A DNA stretch of 64,000 nt from an uncultured Ignavibacteriales bacterium (GTDB taxonomy: Bacteria > Bacteroidota > Ignavibacteria > T3Sed10-11). This document shows, in pieces, positions 38,748-48,582 of the stretch (position 1 is the first letter of the stretch; the number at the start of each line of letters is the position of its first letter). Location: positions 1,871-65,870 of the forward strand of contig CAZBUK010000010.1 of assembly GCA_964495085.1 (NCBI GenBank), read 5' to 3'. A model generated the notes under the pieces. That model made no database searches. It saw only the letters and a program-made list of their open reading frames with translations, and was not told the DNA's origin. The position numbers and the translations under genes are program-made.

Positions 38748-39965
38748 CTAAGCGATAATCGCTCCGGAATTCATTTTTTCCCAGTGATCGGATAAATCGG
38801 ATCGCTTGATCGTTTCCATGACATAGTCGGTATACTCCATGCCTGTCGCCCCGTCGCTTCTGCCTGTAATTTTCAATCTCTGTTCAAGGTTGCCGCATAT
38901 ATCCAACGCCTTATCCAGACGGTCTCCGAGTTCGGTATATCCCAAATGGTTCAGAAGCATGGCGGATGCGCGGAGCATACTGCTCGGATCGGCATATTGC
39001 GCTCTGCCCTCTTCTACCATTCGGGGCGCGCTTCCATGAATAGCCTCAAACATCGAATATTGTTTACCGATATTTGCGCTTCCCGCAGTTCCGACGCCTC
39101 CTTGAAATTCCGCAGCTTCATCCGTCAGAATATCGCCGTAGAGATTCGGAAGCACCAATACCTGGAATTGAGTCCGTCTTTTCGTGTCGATAAGTTTTGC
39201 CGTCATGATGTCGATGTACCAGTCGTCGGCCTGAATCCCCGGATAGTCTTTTGCTACGCGGTAGAATACGTTCAGGAACTTTCCGTCGGTTGCCTTGACG
39301 ACGTTCGCTTTCGTCACGGCGGTCACCCGCTTCTTATTGTTCGCCCTGGCGTATTCGAATGCCGCGCGGATTATGCGCTCGCTCCCCTGTTCGGTAATTA
39401 CCTTAAAATCTATGGCCAAATCTTCCGTGACATCGAGTCCTTGACTCCCCAACGCATAGAGATCCTCGGTATTCTCTCTGAAGAAAATCCAGTCAATCCC
39501 TTCCGCGGGGACGCGGACTGGTCGGATATTCGCAAACAGGTCCAATTCCTTCCGCATGGCTACGTTAGCACTCTCGATGTTCGGCCATTGATCGCCTTTT
39601 TTCGGGGTTGTCGTCGGACCTTTGAGGAGTATATGACATTTCTTTATTTCGCTCAGCACATCGTCGGGAATTGCCTTCTTTACCGCGGCCCGGTTTTCGA
39701 TCGTCAATCCGTCTATCGTAAGCAATTTTATTTTTCCTTCTGCGATTTTGTCCGCGAGCAGAAATTCAAGAGCCCGTTTGGCCTCACCCGCAATCGAAGG
39801 GCCGATGCCGTCGCCACCGAGCACGCCGATTTTTATTGGCCGTATCCGGTCAAAGTCTACCGTATCCGGACTCTGTTTCAGTCCTTCGACTCTCTCGAGC
39901 TGCTCTTCCAGTATCTTTTTGAAATGCTCCAACGACCGGTGTACTACTTCCTGTTTCATTATCAT
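38748..39965 (-). CDS. icd: isocitrate/isopropylmalate dehydrogenase-family enzyme (isocitrate dehydrogenase-like)
   Basis: 405 aa with IGVLGGDGIGP, RENTEDLY and NLYGDILTDEAA motifs. Substrate specificity cannot be fixed by eye. Confidence 0.7.
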   Translation of the reverse strand: MIMKQEVVHRSLEHFKKILEEQLERVEGLKQSPDTVDFDRIRPIKIGVLGGDGIGPSIAGEAKRALEFLLADKIAEGKIKLLTIDGLTIENRAAVKKAIPDDVLSEIKKCHILLKGPTTTPKKGDQWPNIESANVAMRKELDLFANIRPVRVPAEGIDWIFFRENTEDLYALGSQGLDVTEDLAIDFKVITEQGSERIIRAAFEYARANNKKRVTAVTKANVVKATDGKFLNVFYRVAKDYPGIQADDWYIDIMTAKLIDTKRRTQFQVLVLPNLYGDILTDEAAEFQGGVGTAGSANIGKQYSMFEAIHGSAPRMVEEGRAQYADPSSMLRASAMLLNHLGYTELGDRLDKALDICGNLEQRLKITGRSDGATGMEYTDYVMETIKRSDLSDHWEKMNSGAIIA

Positions 39966-40103
39966 TCTCCTTGCTGGATTGACGTAAGAAATGCAGAATA
40001 CTTTTTTCTATCGGAGTTGCGAATCTGGGGAAAAACTTAATATATTAAACCTGTTCTTGTGAATCAACCGGCCGATACCCGGGATTATCCACCGCAGATT
40101 ACT

Positions 40104-40571
40104 ATGATAAAATCGACGATCGTTTTTCTGCTTCTGAGTATTATCCTGTTTGCCTGTTCACCGCGCGAGCGAACTCCCCTACCACCCCATATACTCGATA
40201 TGAAACTCCACGAGACCGTTACAGGAGCGTCCGCACGGGAAATTATCAATCACCTGCATATGAAGAATGTAGTGCCGGAAGAGAATTTCATCGGCAGGTA
40301 CGCGGGAACGGAACATCACGCAACGTATTATCTTTCCATGTACCACGATTCCGCGTCTGCAAACGAAGCGCTGAGCGAGATGCTGCAGGCAATGCAGGGA
40401 GGAGGACATGTATTCGATCATATCAGGAAACTGAGAATCGGAGAGCGCGATATCTATATGGCCCTCGGAATGGGCCAGGCGCATTACTTCTTTACCCGGG
40501 ACGATCAACTTATTTGGACTGCAATCGACATACCGATCGCTGAAAAGGCGATCTCATCGTTGGTGGAGTAA
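40104..40571 (+). CDS. hypothetical lipoprotein
   Basis: The track ORF was trimmed to the ATG at 40104. The signal peptide has a lipobox-like LFAC. I recognise no family. Confidence 0.45.
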   Translation: MIKSTIVFLLLSIILFACSPRERTPLPPHILDMKLHETVTGASAREIINHLHMKNVVPEENFIGRYAGTEHHATYYLSMYHDSASANEALSEMLQAMQGGGHVFDHIRKLRIGERDIYMALGMGQAHYFFTRDDQLIWTAIDIPIAEKAISSLVE

Positions 40572-40829
40572 ACCGGCGTACAACACACGAACTGCCTCAA
40601 TTCGATACCGGGCGAATCGGTAGTTTAATCCTTCTCTTTTCCCCTCTCCGGAGCACGAAAATTATATACATTATTTTTAAATTCTATGATGTTCTCATAA
40701 TTTTTTTTCCTATATTTGGGAACACGTTTTAGAGAAATCGCTGAAATCCGGTTTGAATGCGGGAACCCGGATTTTGGCATAATTGTTGAACATTTATTGA
40801 GTGCCACAGCAACGATTTGATCCGGAATT

Positions 40830-41249
40830 ATGCGTAATTCGCTAAGATATAAAATATTTTTAATCGTTTTCCTCATCCTGTTTTCATTCTTCCACGTCGG
40901 TTACGCCGCTGTGGAATACCTCTGCGGCATGGGTATGGATATGAATTCGCCGAATTGCGTCTCCTGCCATACGGATACACCGCAGACAGACGGGATGTCG
41001 ATGATTCTCTCTTCATCCGACAACCGTTGCTGTACATCTACCGTAAAATCTATCGATACGGTCGATACTTATACGATAGACTCAAACCACACGCATTCTC
41101 CGTTCGAACACGCAATCGCACACCTCGACACGCTGGTACCAGAGCAAACCGCGATTAACACCTTTACCGACTTCTCTCCCGACCTCCTGCCGTCTTACAC
41201 ACTCATGGGGATATGTACGTCCATACAGTATTCTTCTTTCCTTCGCTGA
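40830..41249 (+). CDS. small N-terminally anchored Cys-rich protein (first gene of the metal island)
   Basis: 139 aa with one N-terminal hydrophobic segment, then EYLCGMGMDMNSPNCVSCH...RCCTS. The architecture is similar to the ORF at 55476. Confidence 0.45.
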   Translation: MRNSLRYKIFLIVFLILFSFFHVGYAAVEYLCGMGMDMNSPNCVSCHTDTPQTDGMSMILSSSDNRCCTSTVKSIDTVDTYTIDSNHTHSPFEHAIAHLDTLVPEQTAINTFTDFSPDLLPSYTLMGICTSIQYSSFLR

Positions 41250-41365
41250 CCTAACCAGCTCATCAGTTTCTTCACTTCATCTGCATTCATACGCCGTCGA
41301 TTGAATACTGAGTCTGCATTTCGCGGACGATTCATATCGACATTAAACTATACAAGAGGATTTAT

Positions 41366-42631
41366 ATGATACAGCGATCCCTTATTTCGCTATTTACGAT
41401 TACAGTGATTGCGGCCGGTATGCTGATCTCCCGGGAAGCCGATCCGGAGAAAGCTCCCCCGTTAGATGATTTACTCAGGGAGGCATTAGAGAACAATCCC
41501 GGATTACAATCTTCCCGCTACCGCGAACACGCAGCCGAGCAGCGTATTTCACAAATGCGCTCATGGATGCCGCCCACGTTAAAATACCAGTATAATCCGC
41601 AGCCCATCGGGACAATGGATCAACTGCGGTATATGAATATGAATATATTCTCGCTCTCACAGATGATACCGTTTCCGGGTAAGATTTCGGCGCGGGTGGA
41701 CATGGAGGAAGCGGGCTACAAAATGGCATCTTCCGAACGCGGTGATGATGAAGTTCAAATCGCTGCTGAAGTTAAAAAAATATATTACGAACTCTGGATG
41801 ACGCAAAAAAAACTTGAAGTAAATCTGGAACTTCAATCGCTATTGGGAAATTTTACTCAGTCGGCACAACGGATGTACGAAGTCGACATGACCGGGCTTG
41901 AAGCGGTACTTTCCGCACAAACCAATCTTGCAAAACTTCATACAGAGGAAAGAACCATTAAAAACGATTACAATAAAATGCTTGTCATGTTTAATCAGCT
42001 TCTGCATCGCAACCCCGATACGCCGCTCGGTGAGATTGTATCGCTTCCTCCGGAAGGAATGCCGACAGATTTTGAGGAAATTGAACGGCGGATGATTGCC
42101 CGCCGTCCTGATCTTCAGGTTATGCGATACGACATCGAGATGAACCGGGCAGATATCCGTTCCGCTCGCCGGGATTACTATCCCGACATCATGGTAGATC
42201 TGATGTACATGCAAATGCCCGGCGTGGCGGAGGACCGCTTCGGCGCAATGATATCCCTGCAAATTCCCCTGGCGCCGTGGTCGGGTAATATGGTCACAAA
42301 GCGGGTAAGCGAAGCGCAATATCAAATTCAATCACGCCAAAAATCTCTGGAAAATATGGTAACCATGGCGCAGGCGGAAATCCGGCAGGCAATGCTCAAT
42401 CTGGAAACGAACATTGATATTATCCGGTTATACCGCGATGATGTTTTACCGCAAGCCGAACAAACCGCAGAATCCGCACTTGGTGCATTTCAAGCGGGAA
42501 AAACGGAATACCTTATGGTTCTCGACAGCTATCGCATGCTCGAGATGTTCCGCATGGAGTACTATATGGCGATCGCGGAATTCCATATAGCAAAAGCGGA
42601 GTTGGAGCGGCAGGCGGGGATCGTGATGTAG
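41366..42631 (+). CDS. TolC-family outer membrane efflux protein (CusC/CzcC-like)
   Basis: 421 aa with a signal peptide and two repeated coiled-coil/beta halves typical of OMF proteins. It lies immediately upstream of the RND adaptor and pump. Confidence 0.8.
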   Translation: MIQRSLISLFTITVIAAGMLISREADPEKAPPLDDLLREALENNPGLQSSRYREHAAEQRISQMRSWMPPTLKYQYNPQPIGTMDQLRYMNMNIFSLSQMIPFPGKISARVDMEEAGYKMASSERGDDEVQIAAEVKKIYYELWMTQKKLEVNLELQSLLGNFTQSAQRMYEVDMTGLEAVLSAQTNLAKLHTEERTIKNDYNKMLVMFNQLLHRNPDTPLGEIVSLPPEGMPTDFEEIERRMIARRPDLQVMRYDIEMNRADIRSARRDYYPDIMVDLMYMQMPGVAEDRFGAMISLQIPLAPWSGNMVTKRVSEAQYQIQSRQKSLENMVTMAQAEIRQAMLNLETNIDIIRLYRDDVLPQAEQTAESALGAFQAGKTEYLMVLDSYRMLEMFRMEYYMAIAEFHIAKAELERQAGIVM

Positions 42632-42727
42632 TGAAACAACAACACATGCAAATGGTAGATAACAAAACACGATTATTTCTCCTGGCATTTGCCATCCGAG
42701 ATTTTCAATAATAATATAGGTGATATC

Positions 42728-44047
42728 ATGAAATTTATTTTGATTTTTCTAATCATCGTCGGGTTTAGTATATCAGGGTGCGGTTCGGGAGAAAAACAGC
42801 ATGACGAAACTATTGCGTACTGGACCTGCCCCATGCATCCGGAGATAAAAGAAGATCACAAAACAACATGTCCGATCTGCGGGATGGATTTGGCGCCTGT
42901 TCGATACGACAATGCAGATGAACAGGATCATAACGAGCATAGCGATGCGAAAATCGAACACTGGACATGTCCGATGCACCCGGAAATAGAAGATGATCAA
43001 CCGGGTTCCTGCCCTATTTGCGGGATGGACCTTGTACCGGTGCATGCCGCTCATGACGGACAAGATGATCCCGCGGCGTCAAGAGCGTTGCGGATTACGC
43101 CGGTTCAGCAGCAAATAATAGGTATGCAATATGATACAGTGAAGGCGCGCTCATTGCAATGGAATATTCGTACAATTGGACGCATCTTTCCCGACGAGCG
43201 GCGGGTTACTGAAGTAACACTCCGCGTGATGGGATATGTCGAAAAGACCCATGTCAACGAAACAGGTGTACAGGTAAGACGCGGTCAACCGCTCGTCACT
43301 GTGTACAGTCCTGACCTCGTCAGCAGCCAGCAGGATTATCTCGTAGCGTTACGGGGAAATAATCAACGGCTTGCAGAAAGAGGGCGAGAACGACTTCGTT
43401 TACTGAATATGCCCGAATCGGAAATAAGACGATTGGAAGAAAGCGGCGAACCGCTTCTCGAGGTAACGATTACTGCACCGTTTGATGGGACCATTCTGAA
43501 GAAAGGAGTCCGGGATGGAATGAAAATTATGCCCGGCATGATGTTGTATGAAATTGCCGATCTCTCAACCGTGTGGCTGATTGTCGATGTGTATGAAGAT
43601 GATATTCCATTTATCTATACAGGGCAGAAAACAATTTTCAAGTTGCAAGGTACTCAAGGAGATCGCGAAGGACAAGTGACATTTATTTATCCGACAATTG
43701 ATCCTATGACACGTACTCTACGAGTAAGAATTGAAATCTCCAACCGCAACGATAACATTAGAGTTGACCAATACGGGTGGGTTACTTTTGTTCAGGACCT
43801 TGGAGAGCGACTATCTGTTCACCGCGATGCCGTTTTAACAACAGGGAAACGGTCGGTAGTATTCAAGGAAGTCGGTCGCGGTAGATTCGAACCGGTCGAG
43901 GTCCATCTCGGTCCGCTTGCAGGGAATTATTACGAGTTATTGTATGGTCTTAAGGACGGTGATCGTATAATCACAAGCGGCAGATTCTTCCTTGACGCCG
44001 AATCGCGACTGCGTGGTACCGGTGCAATGGAAGGACACGGGCATTGA
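42728..44047 (+). CDS. RND efflux periplasmic adaptor (CusB-like) with two N-terminal heavy-metal-binding modules
   Basis: Trimmed to the ATG at 42728. It has a lipoprotein-type signal (ISGC) and a duplicated WTCPMHPEI...CPICGMDL module, followed by the MFP barrel-sandwich and beta-barrel body. Confidence 0.85.
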   Translation: MKFILIFLIIVGFSISGCGSGEKQHDETIAYWTCPMHPEIKEDHKTTCPICGMDLAPVRYDNADEQDHNEHSDAKIEHWTCPMHPEIEDDQPGSCPICGMDLVPVHAAHDGQDDPAASRALRITPVQQQIIGMQYDTVKARSLQWNIRTIGRIFPDERRVTEVTLRVMGYVEKTHVNETGVQVRRGQPLVTVYSPDLVSSQQDYLVALRGNNQRLAERGRERLRLLNMPESEIRRLEESGEPLLEVTITAPFDGTILKKGVRDGMKIMPGMMLYEIADLSTVWLIVDVYEDDIPFIYTGQKTIFKLQGTQGDREGQVTFIYPTIDPMTRTLRVRIEISNRNDNIRVDQYGWVTFVQDLGERLSVHRDAVLTTGKRSVVFKEVGRGRFEPVEVHLGPLAGNYYELLYGLKDGDRIITSGRFFLDAESRLRGTGAMEGHGH

Positions 44048-44164
44048 ATATGGTACATGGAAAACGGCAGATGGATACTCAATGCATTACACTTCAATTG
44101 TGCCGTATGCAATATTTCTGAAAATTTAATCTAACGGCTGATAAAACTTTGTCTATCAGGTAAA

Positions 44165-47100
44165 ATGATGATTGAAAAAATAATCGAATACAGTATGAAC
44201 AATAAGGCAATCGTTCTTATACTGGTTGCCATGTTTACAGTGTGGGGAATATGGGGAATGCTCAACAGTCCGCTCGATGCGCTCCCCGATCTGTCCGATG
44301 TGCAGGTTATCGTCTGGACGGAATGGATGGGTCGAAGCCCCGACCTTATTGAAGATCAAATCACATACCCTATTGCTTCAACCCTTCTCGCAGCACCGGG
44401 GATAAATTTTGTGCGCGGCCAATCAATGTTCGGTATGTCATTCGTCTATGCCGTATTTGAAGACGGAACAGACATGTACTGGGCGCGGAGCCGGGTTCTT
44501 GAATACCTCAATCAGGTTCAGGGAAAACTTCCCGAGGGAGTGACTCCGGTACTTGGACCCGATGCTACCGGAGTGGGGTGGGTATTTCAGTATACGCTTG
44601 TCGACACAACTGGTCAACAAAATTTAGCAGATCTTCGATCCTTTAACGATTGGTATCTCCGTTATTGGTTGGAAAGCCTTCCGGGAGTTGCACAGGTGGC
44701 AACAGTCGGCGGATTCACGAGGCAATATCAGGTAAACATCGATCCGGTCAAATTGCTTGCTTACAATATACCGCTCCCAATGGTAATGCATGCAGTGCAG
44801 GAAAGCAACCGGGATGTAGGCGGAAGAACGATAGAGATGGCGGGTACGGAGGTTATGGTTCGCGGACGAGGATATATCACGTCGGCTGAAGATATTGAGA
44901 ACGTAGTCTTGATGGAGATGGAAGGAAGTCCCATTCGCATTAAGGATATAGGGATCGTCGAACTAGGAGGTGATCAACGCAGGGGCGTTGCTGAATGGAA
45001 CGGGGAAGGAGAAGCGGTCGGCGGAATCGTCGTCATGCGTTACGGGGAAAACGCACTGAATGTCATCAATCGAGTTAAGGAACGGCTGGAAGAAATCGAA
45101 CCATCCCTTCCCCCCGGCGTTACCCTGGAGATTGCCTATGATCGCTCGGAACTCATCAAGGAAGCAATCAGCACACTTTCCCGCGTGTTGACCAAGGAAA
45201 TGTTAATTGTAATGATTATTGTAGGCATCTTTCTATTCCACTTTAGAAGCTCTCTGGTAGTCGTCATCACCTTGCCCATTGCGGTAATAATATCATTCGT
45301 TCCTATTTATCTTATGGGGCTTACGGTGAATGTGATGTCTCTCGGCGGTATAGCGATTGCCATTGGCGTCATGGTGGATGCAGCGATCGTGCTGGTAGAA
45401 AACGTTCATAAGCGTCTCGAATCAGCCGGTATAGCGGACGGGAGAGGAAACGAGGAGTCCCGGACGAAGGTGATTATAGATGCCACTAAGGAAGTAGGCC
45501 GGCCGATCTTTTTTTCACTCCTGGTGGTCACGATCAGCTTTCTCCCCGTCTTTGCATTAGAGGCGCAGGAAGGAAGACTATTCAAACCGCTCGCGTATAC
45601 CAAAACGTTTGCTATGTTCGTCGCGGCGATTCTTTCAATTTCATTCTCCGCCGCCTTGATCGCGTTTCTTGTGAAAGGAAAAATTCATAGCGAGGAGAAA
45701 CACCCTCTTAGCAGATTTCTGCACAAGCTCTATCTTCCCTTGGTGAATTTTGTTCTAAAATACCGTTGGTTTACCGTGTGTATTGCAATTGTTGCAGTAC
45801 TGCTGGCGATCCCTGTATACATGCAGTTAGGATCGGAATTCATGCCCCCGCTCGAGGAAGGTTCAATACTGTATATGCCTACAACACCGGCGGGAATGTC
45901 CATCGCCGAGGCGCAATATATGTTAAACATCCAAGGTCAGATACTCAAATCATTTCCCGAAGTAAGAAGCGTTCAGGGGAAGGCCGGACGTGCAGATACG
46001 CCTACCGATCCGGCGCCCCTCAATATGTTCGAGACAACAGTGATACTAAAATCTCCATCCGAATGGCGCAAAATACCGGCGAGCAGATGGTACTCCGGAT
46101 GGATGCCCGAATGGATGAGACCCCCCTTTCGATGGATATGGCCCGACCGGAGAACCGTAACATGGGATGAACTCATCGCCGAAATGGATGCGGCTCTCCG
46201 GATCCCGGGGATGCCGAATATCTGGTGGATGCCTGTCCAAACGAGGACCGAAATGCTTGCAACCGGCGTGCGCAGCATACTCGCCGTAAAGGTGTTCGGA
46301 CCCGATCTCCGCACCATTGAACATACGTCAATACTCATCGAACGGGTACTTCGGGATATTCAGGGAACTCGAAGCGCATTTGCAGAGCGGCCAACCGGAG
46401 GGTACTACATCGATATTCAACCACACCGCGATGCCGTCGCCCGGTACGGACTGACTACCGACGATGTAAACACGATGGTAGAGATGGCGATCGGCGGTAT
46501 GAACGTAACCCAAACCGTTGAGGGCAGGGAGCGATATCCCGTAAACGTAAGATACGGACGGGAGTTAAGGCAGGATATAGATGACATCCGGCGTATCTAC
46601 GTTCCAACCCCGAGCGGCGCACAGATACCCCTCGGGATGCTTGCCTCGATTGAATATACCGACGGACCCGCAATGATTGGCAATGAAGCCGGACAATTGC
46701 GGAATCTTGTCAATGTTGATGTCGTAGGACGCGATATAGGGGGCTATGTCGAAGAAGCGCGTCAACGAATATTTGAGGAGATACCGCTGCCGCCGGGCGT
46801 TCGTATTGAATTTGCAGGGCAATATCAATATATGCAGCGCGTACAGAAACGCTTGCAAATGCTTGTTCCGCTTGCGCTTGCAATCATCTTCTTCCTGCTA
46901 TACGTGAATTTCAAATCCATATCCCGCACGATTATTGTGCTTTTATCGGTGCCGTTTGCAGTCGTCGGTTCCTTCATGCTGCTATGGCTGCTCGGATATA
47001 ATATGAGCATCGCGGTTTGGGTAGGAATCATTGCAATGGCGGGGGTTGCTACGGAGAATGCCGTAATAGTGATAATTTATATAGACCAGGCGATTAAGAG

Positions 47101-47389
47101 TCGTATCGAAGCGGGAGAAATGACCAACCTCGCTGACCTCAAGGAAGCCATCATCGATGGAGCCGTACAACGCTTGCGTCCGAAACTCATGACGGTTATC
47201 ACCGACATCATTGCCCTCTTGCCCATTATGTTTACCGTCGGCGTCGGAGCAGCGGCAATGCAGCGCATCGCAGCCCCGATGATCGGGGGACTCGTCACAT
47301 CGGCGATACTGACGTTGCTTATCATTCCTGCCATATATTTGATCTGGCAGGCACAAGCGCTCCGGAAAGAAGCGTTTTGGAAAGGGTAA
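44165..47389 (+). CDS. cusA: CusA-type heavy-metal (Cu(I)/Ag(I)) RND efflux pump
   Basis: 1074 aa. SLGGIAIAIGVMVDAAIVLVEN matches the CusA (not CzcA DFG..DGA) TM4 pattern. The positions of the E. coli CusA Met573/Met623/Met672 triad are kept (ILYMPTT, LNMFETT, RTEMLATG). Confidence 0.9.
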   Translation: MMIEKIIEYSMNNKAIVLILVAMFTVWGIWGMLNSPLDALPDLSDVQVIVWTEWMGRSPDLIEDQITYPIASTLLAAPGINFVRGQSMFGMSFVYAVFEDGTDMYWARSRVLEYLNQVQGKLPEGVTPVLGPDATGVGWVFQYTLVDTTGQQNLADLRSFNDWYLRYWLESLPGVAQVATVGGFTRQYQVNIDPVKLLAYNIPLPMVMHAVQESNRDVGGRTIEMAGTEVMVRGRGYITSAEDIENVVLMEMEGSPIRIKDIGIVELGGDQRRGVAEWNGEGEAVGGIVVMRYGENALNVINRVKERLEEIEPSLPPGVTLEIAYDRSELIKEAISTLSRVLTKEMLIVMIIVGIFLFHFRSSLVVVITLPIAVIISFVPIYLMGLTVNVMSLGGIAIAIGVMVDAAIVLVENVHKRLESAGIADGRGNEESRTKVIIDATKEVGRPIFFSLLVVTISFLPVFALEAQEGRLFKPLAYTKTFAMFVAAILSISFSAALIAFLVKGKIHSEEKHPLSRFLHKLYLPLVNFVLKYRWFTVCIAIVAVLLAIPVYMQLGSEFMPPLEEGSILYMPTTPAGMSIAEAQYMLNIQGQILKSFPEVRSVQGKAGRADTPTDPAPLNMFETTVILKSPSEWRKIPASRWYSGWMPEWMRPPFRWIWPDRRTVTWDELIAEMDAALRIPGMPNIWWMPVQTRTEMLATGVRSILAVKVFGPDLRTIEHTSILIERVLRDIQGTRSAFAERPTGGYYIDIQPHRDAVARYGLTTDDVNTMVEMAIGGMNVTQTVEGRERYPVNVRYGRELRQDIDDIRRIYVPTPSGAQIPLGMLASIEYTDGPAMIGNEAGQLRNLVNVDVVGRDIGGYVEEARQRIFEEIPLPPGVRIEFAGQYQYMQRVQKRLQMLVPLALAIIFFLLYVNFKSISRTIIVLLSVPFAVVGSFMLLWLLGYNMSIAVWVGIIAMAGVATENAVIVIIYIDQAIKSRIEAGEMTNLADLKEAIIDGAVQRLRPKLMTVITDIIALLPIMFTVGVGAAAMQRIAAPMIGGLVTSAILTLLIIPAIYLIWQAQALRKEAFWKG

Positions 47390-47398
47390 TTGTACCGA

Positions 47399-47429
47399 GA
47401 TATAGTCCACCTCGGAGACGGACTATATC
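47399..47429 (+). terminator. hairpin after cusA
   Basis: GATATAGTCC-(11 nt)-GGACTATATC, a 10-bp perfect stem 10 nt after the cusA stop with an A/T-rich flank. It shares a TAGTCCAC core with the hairpin at 47827. Confidence 0.5.
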
Positions 47430-47462
47430 ATTAATCAAATACAAAATAAAGGAGATAAAATA

Positions 47463-47816
47463 ATGTCAAAAATAAATGCATTCTATATCCCCATCGTTGT
47501 AACAATCGCCGGAGCTATATTTCTCGGCGCTGCATTAACGAATAATTCAAATACGAATCACGTCGGGCAACCGCAGACAGTTCAACAAGGAGGTCAATGC
47601 TGCGCGGGTCATGCTCTCCATACGGAACACAAAAATGAACCATGGAATGAAGTCTGTCCGGTTATGGGCGGCAAAGTCAATCCGAATAGCGCAACTGTTG
47701 AATATAATGAGAAGTATTACGGTTTCTGCTGTCCGGGATGTATTGACAAATTCGCTCAAGAGCTGGAAAAGTATGCGGCGAACCTGAGTGAGGATGGGAA
47801 GAAGTTTATAAAATAA
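47463..47816 (+). CDS. membrane-anchored YHS-domain metal-binding protein
   Basis: N-terminal TM, a CC pair, then CPVMGGKVNPNSATVEYNEKYYGFCCPGCIDKF (YHS/TRASH pattern). Confidence 0.75.
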   Translation: MSKINAFYIPIVVTIAGAIFLGAALTNNSNTNHVGQPQTVQQGGQCCAGHALHTEHKNEPWNEVCPVMGGKVNPNSATVEYNEKYYGFCCPGCIDKFAQELEKYAANLSEDGKKFIK

Positions 47817-47826
47817 ATGATCGGAA

Positions 47827-47855
47827 ATGTAGTCCACCTTGAAGGTGGACTACAT
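47827..47855 (+). terminator. hairpin after the YHS gene
   Basis: ATGTAGTCCACC-ttgaa-GGTGGACTACAT, a 12-bp perfect stem with a 5-nt loop, 11 nt after the stop. Confidence 0.55.
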
Positions 47856-47904
47856 CTCTCTAGATGTGCAATCAGTGTTCCATAAAAAATAAACGGAGTT
47901 AACC

Positions 47905-48582
47905 ATGTCAACACAATATTGCACTCAATGCGGTAAACCGCTAAAACCGCACGCACGGTTCTGTTCTCAGTGCGGTAACATTGTGGGTCGAAATTACATT
48001 TCGACCCACAATGTCAATAAAAATCAAACAATGATAACGGGGTCGGGCGCTCAACGCCCCCTTGGAAAAAAGATAACCATCGGTCTGTTTACCGTTCTAC
48101 TCGGAATTCTTTTTCTGCTTGTGTTCCAGTTCATAACTTACGAAGAACACAGTGTCGTTGCGCGGCAGCCGGTAATTAGCGAACCGGTACATTACACAAA
48201 TCAATCGCGTGGAATGACGGAAATTCAGGCAACACAGCGTGAAGGGTATTTTATACTTTCCTTAGATGAAATTAAACAAAACAAATTTACCCGCGCATGG
48301 TACGACGCCCCGACAACGCAATTACCGGTCATCGCATATATCTCTCCCAAGGGGCGATTGGTCACAGCAATCGGTATAACCGAACCGTGCGGGGAATCTA
48401 ACTACACGATTGTGGATAATCATTTACACTGCAGCAATTGTACCGGCGAGTGGGATATGAACTCAATGCAGGCATTTGGAAGCTGCCCAAAATATTTCCC
48501 ATACCCGGTAACAAGTACAGTATCCGGTGGGGAAGTTTTGATTGCTACTGCAGAACTCAATAGCTGGCGAAGAAGATGGTAA
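47905..48582 (+). CDS. zinc-ribbon / TM / DUF2318-like Cys-rich domain protein
   Basis: N-terminal YCTQCGKPL...FCSQCG, one TM, and a C-terminal EPCGESNYTIVDNHLHCSNCTGEWDMNS...GSCPKYFPYPV. This resembles the Cys pattern I recall for the DUF2318/COG4393 family. Confidence 0.5.
   Translation: MSTQYCTQCGKPLKPHARFCSQCGNIVGRNYISTHNVNKNQTMITGSGAQRPLGKKITIGLFTVLLGILFLLVFQFITYEEHSVVARQPVISEPVHYTNQSRGMTEIQATQREGYFILSLDEIKQNKFTRAWYDAPTTQLPVIAYISPKGRLVTAIGITEPCGESNYTIVDNHLHCSNCTGEWDMNSMQAFGSCPKYFPYPVTSTVSGGEVLIATAELNSWRRRW

Noticed and set aside
38946-40040. A 364-aa plus-strand ORF that completely overlaps the icd-like gene in antisense. Similar long antisense ORFs lie at 1695..2468 (opposite the ABC ATPase), 11270..12064 (opposite infB), 12680..13360 and 13439..14137 (opposite nusA), and 34983..35750 (opposite kdsA).
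   Set aside because: Each lies opposite a gene with unambiguous conserved motifs. Their translations are low-complexity or Arg/Ser/Phe-rich with no recognisable motif. Long antisense frames opposite strongly codon-biased genes are a common artefact. I see no independent signal (SD sequence, promoter, conservation).
40625-40876. An 83-aa minus-strand ORF at the left boundary of the island that could have been a small recombinase or regulator remnant.
   Set aside because: The translation (MRKTIKNILYLSELRIIPDQ...) has no HTH or recombinase motif. It overlaps the start of the plus-strand Cys-rich gene and lies in AT-rich intergenic DNA, where spurious ORFs are frequent.
44048-44164. An unusually long 117-nt gap between the cusB-like and cusA genes that contains a 23-codon ORF (MVHGKRQMDTQCITLQLCRMQYF).
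   Set aside because: There is no SD sequence, the ORF is very short, and I could not establish any conserved-looking motif or stable hairpin. It is noted only as a spacing oddity.
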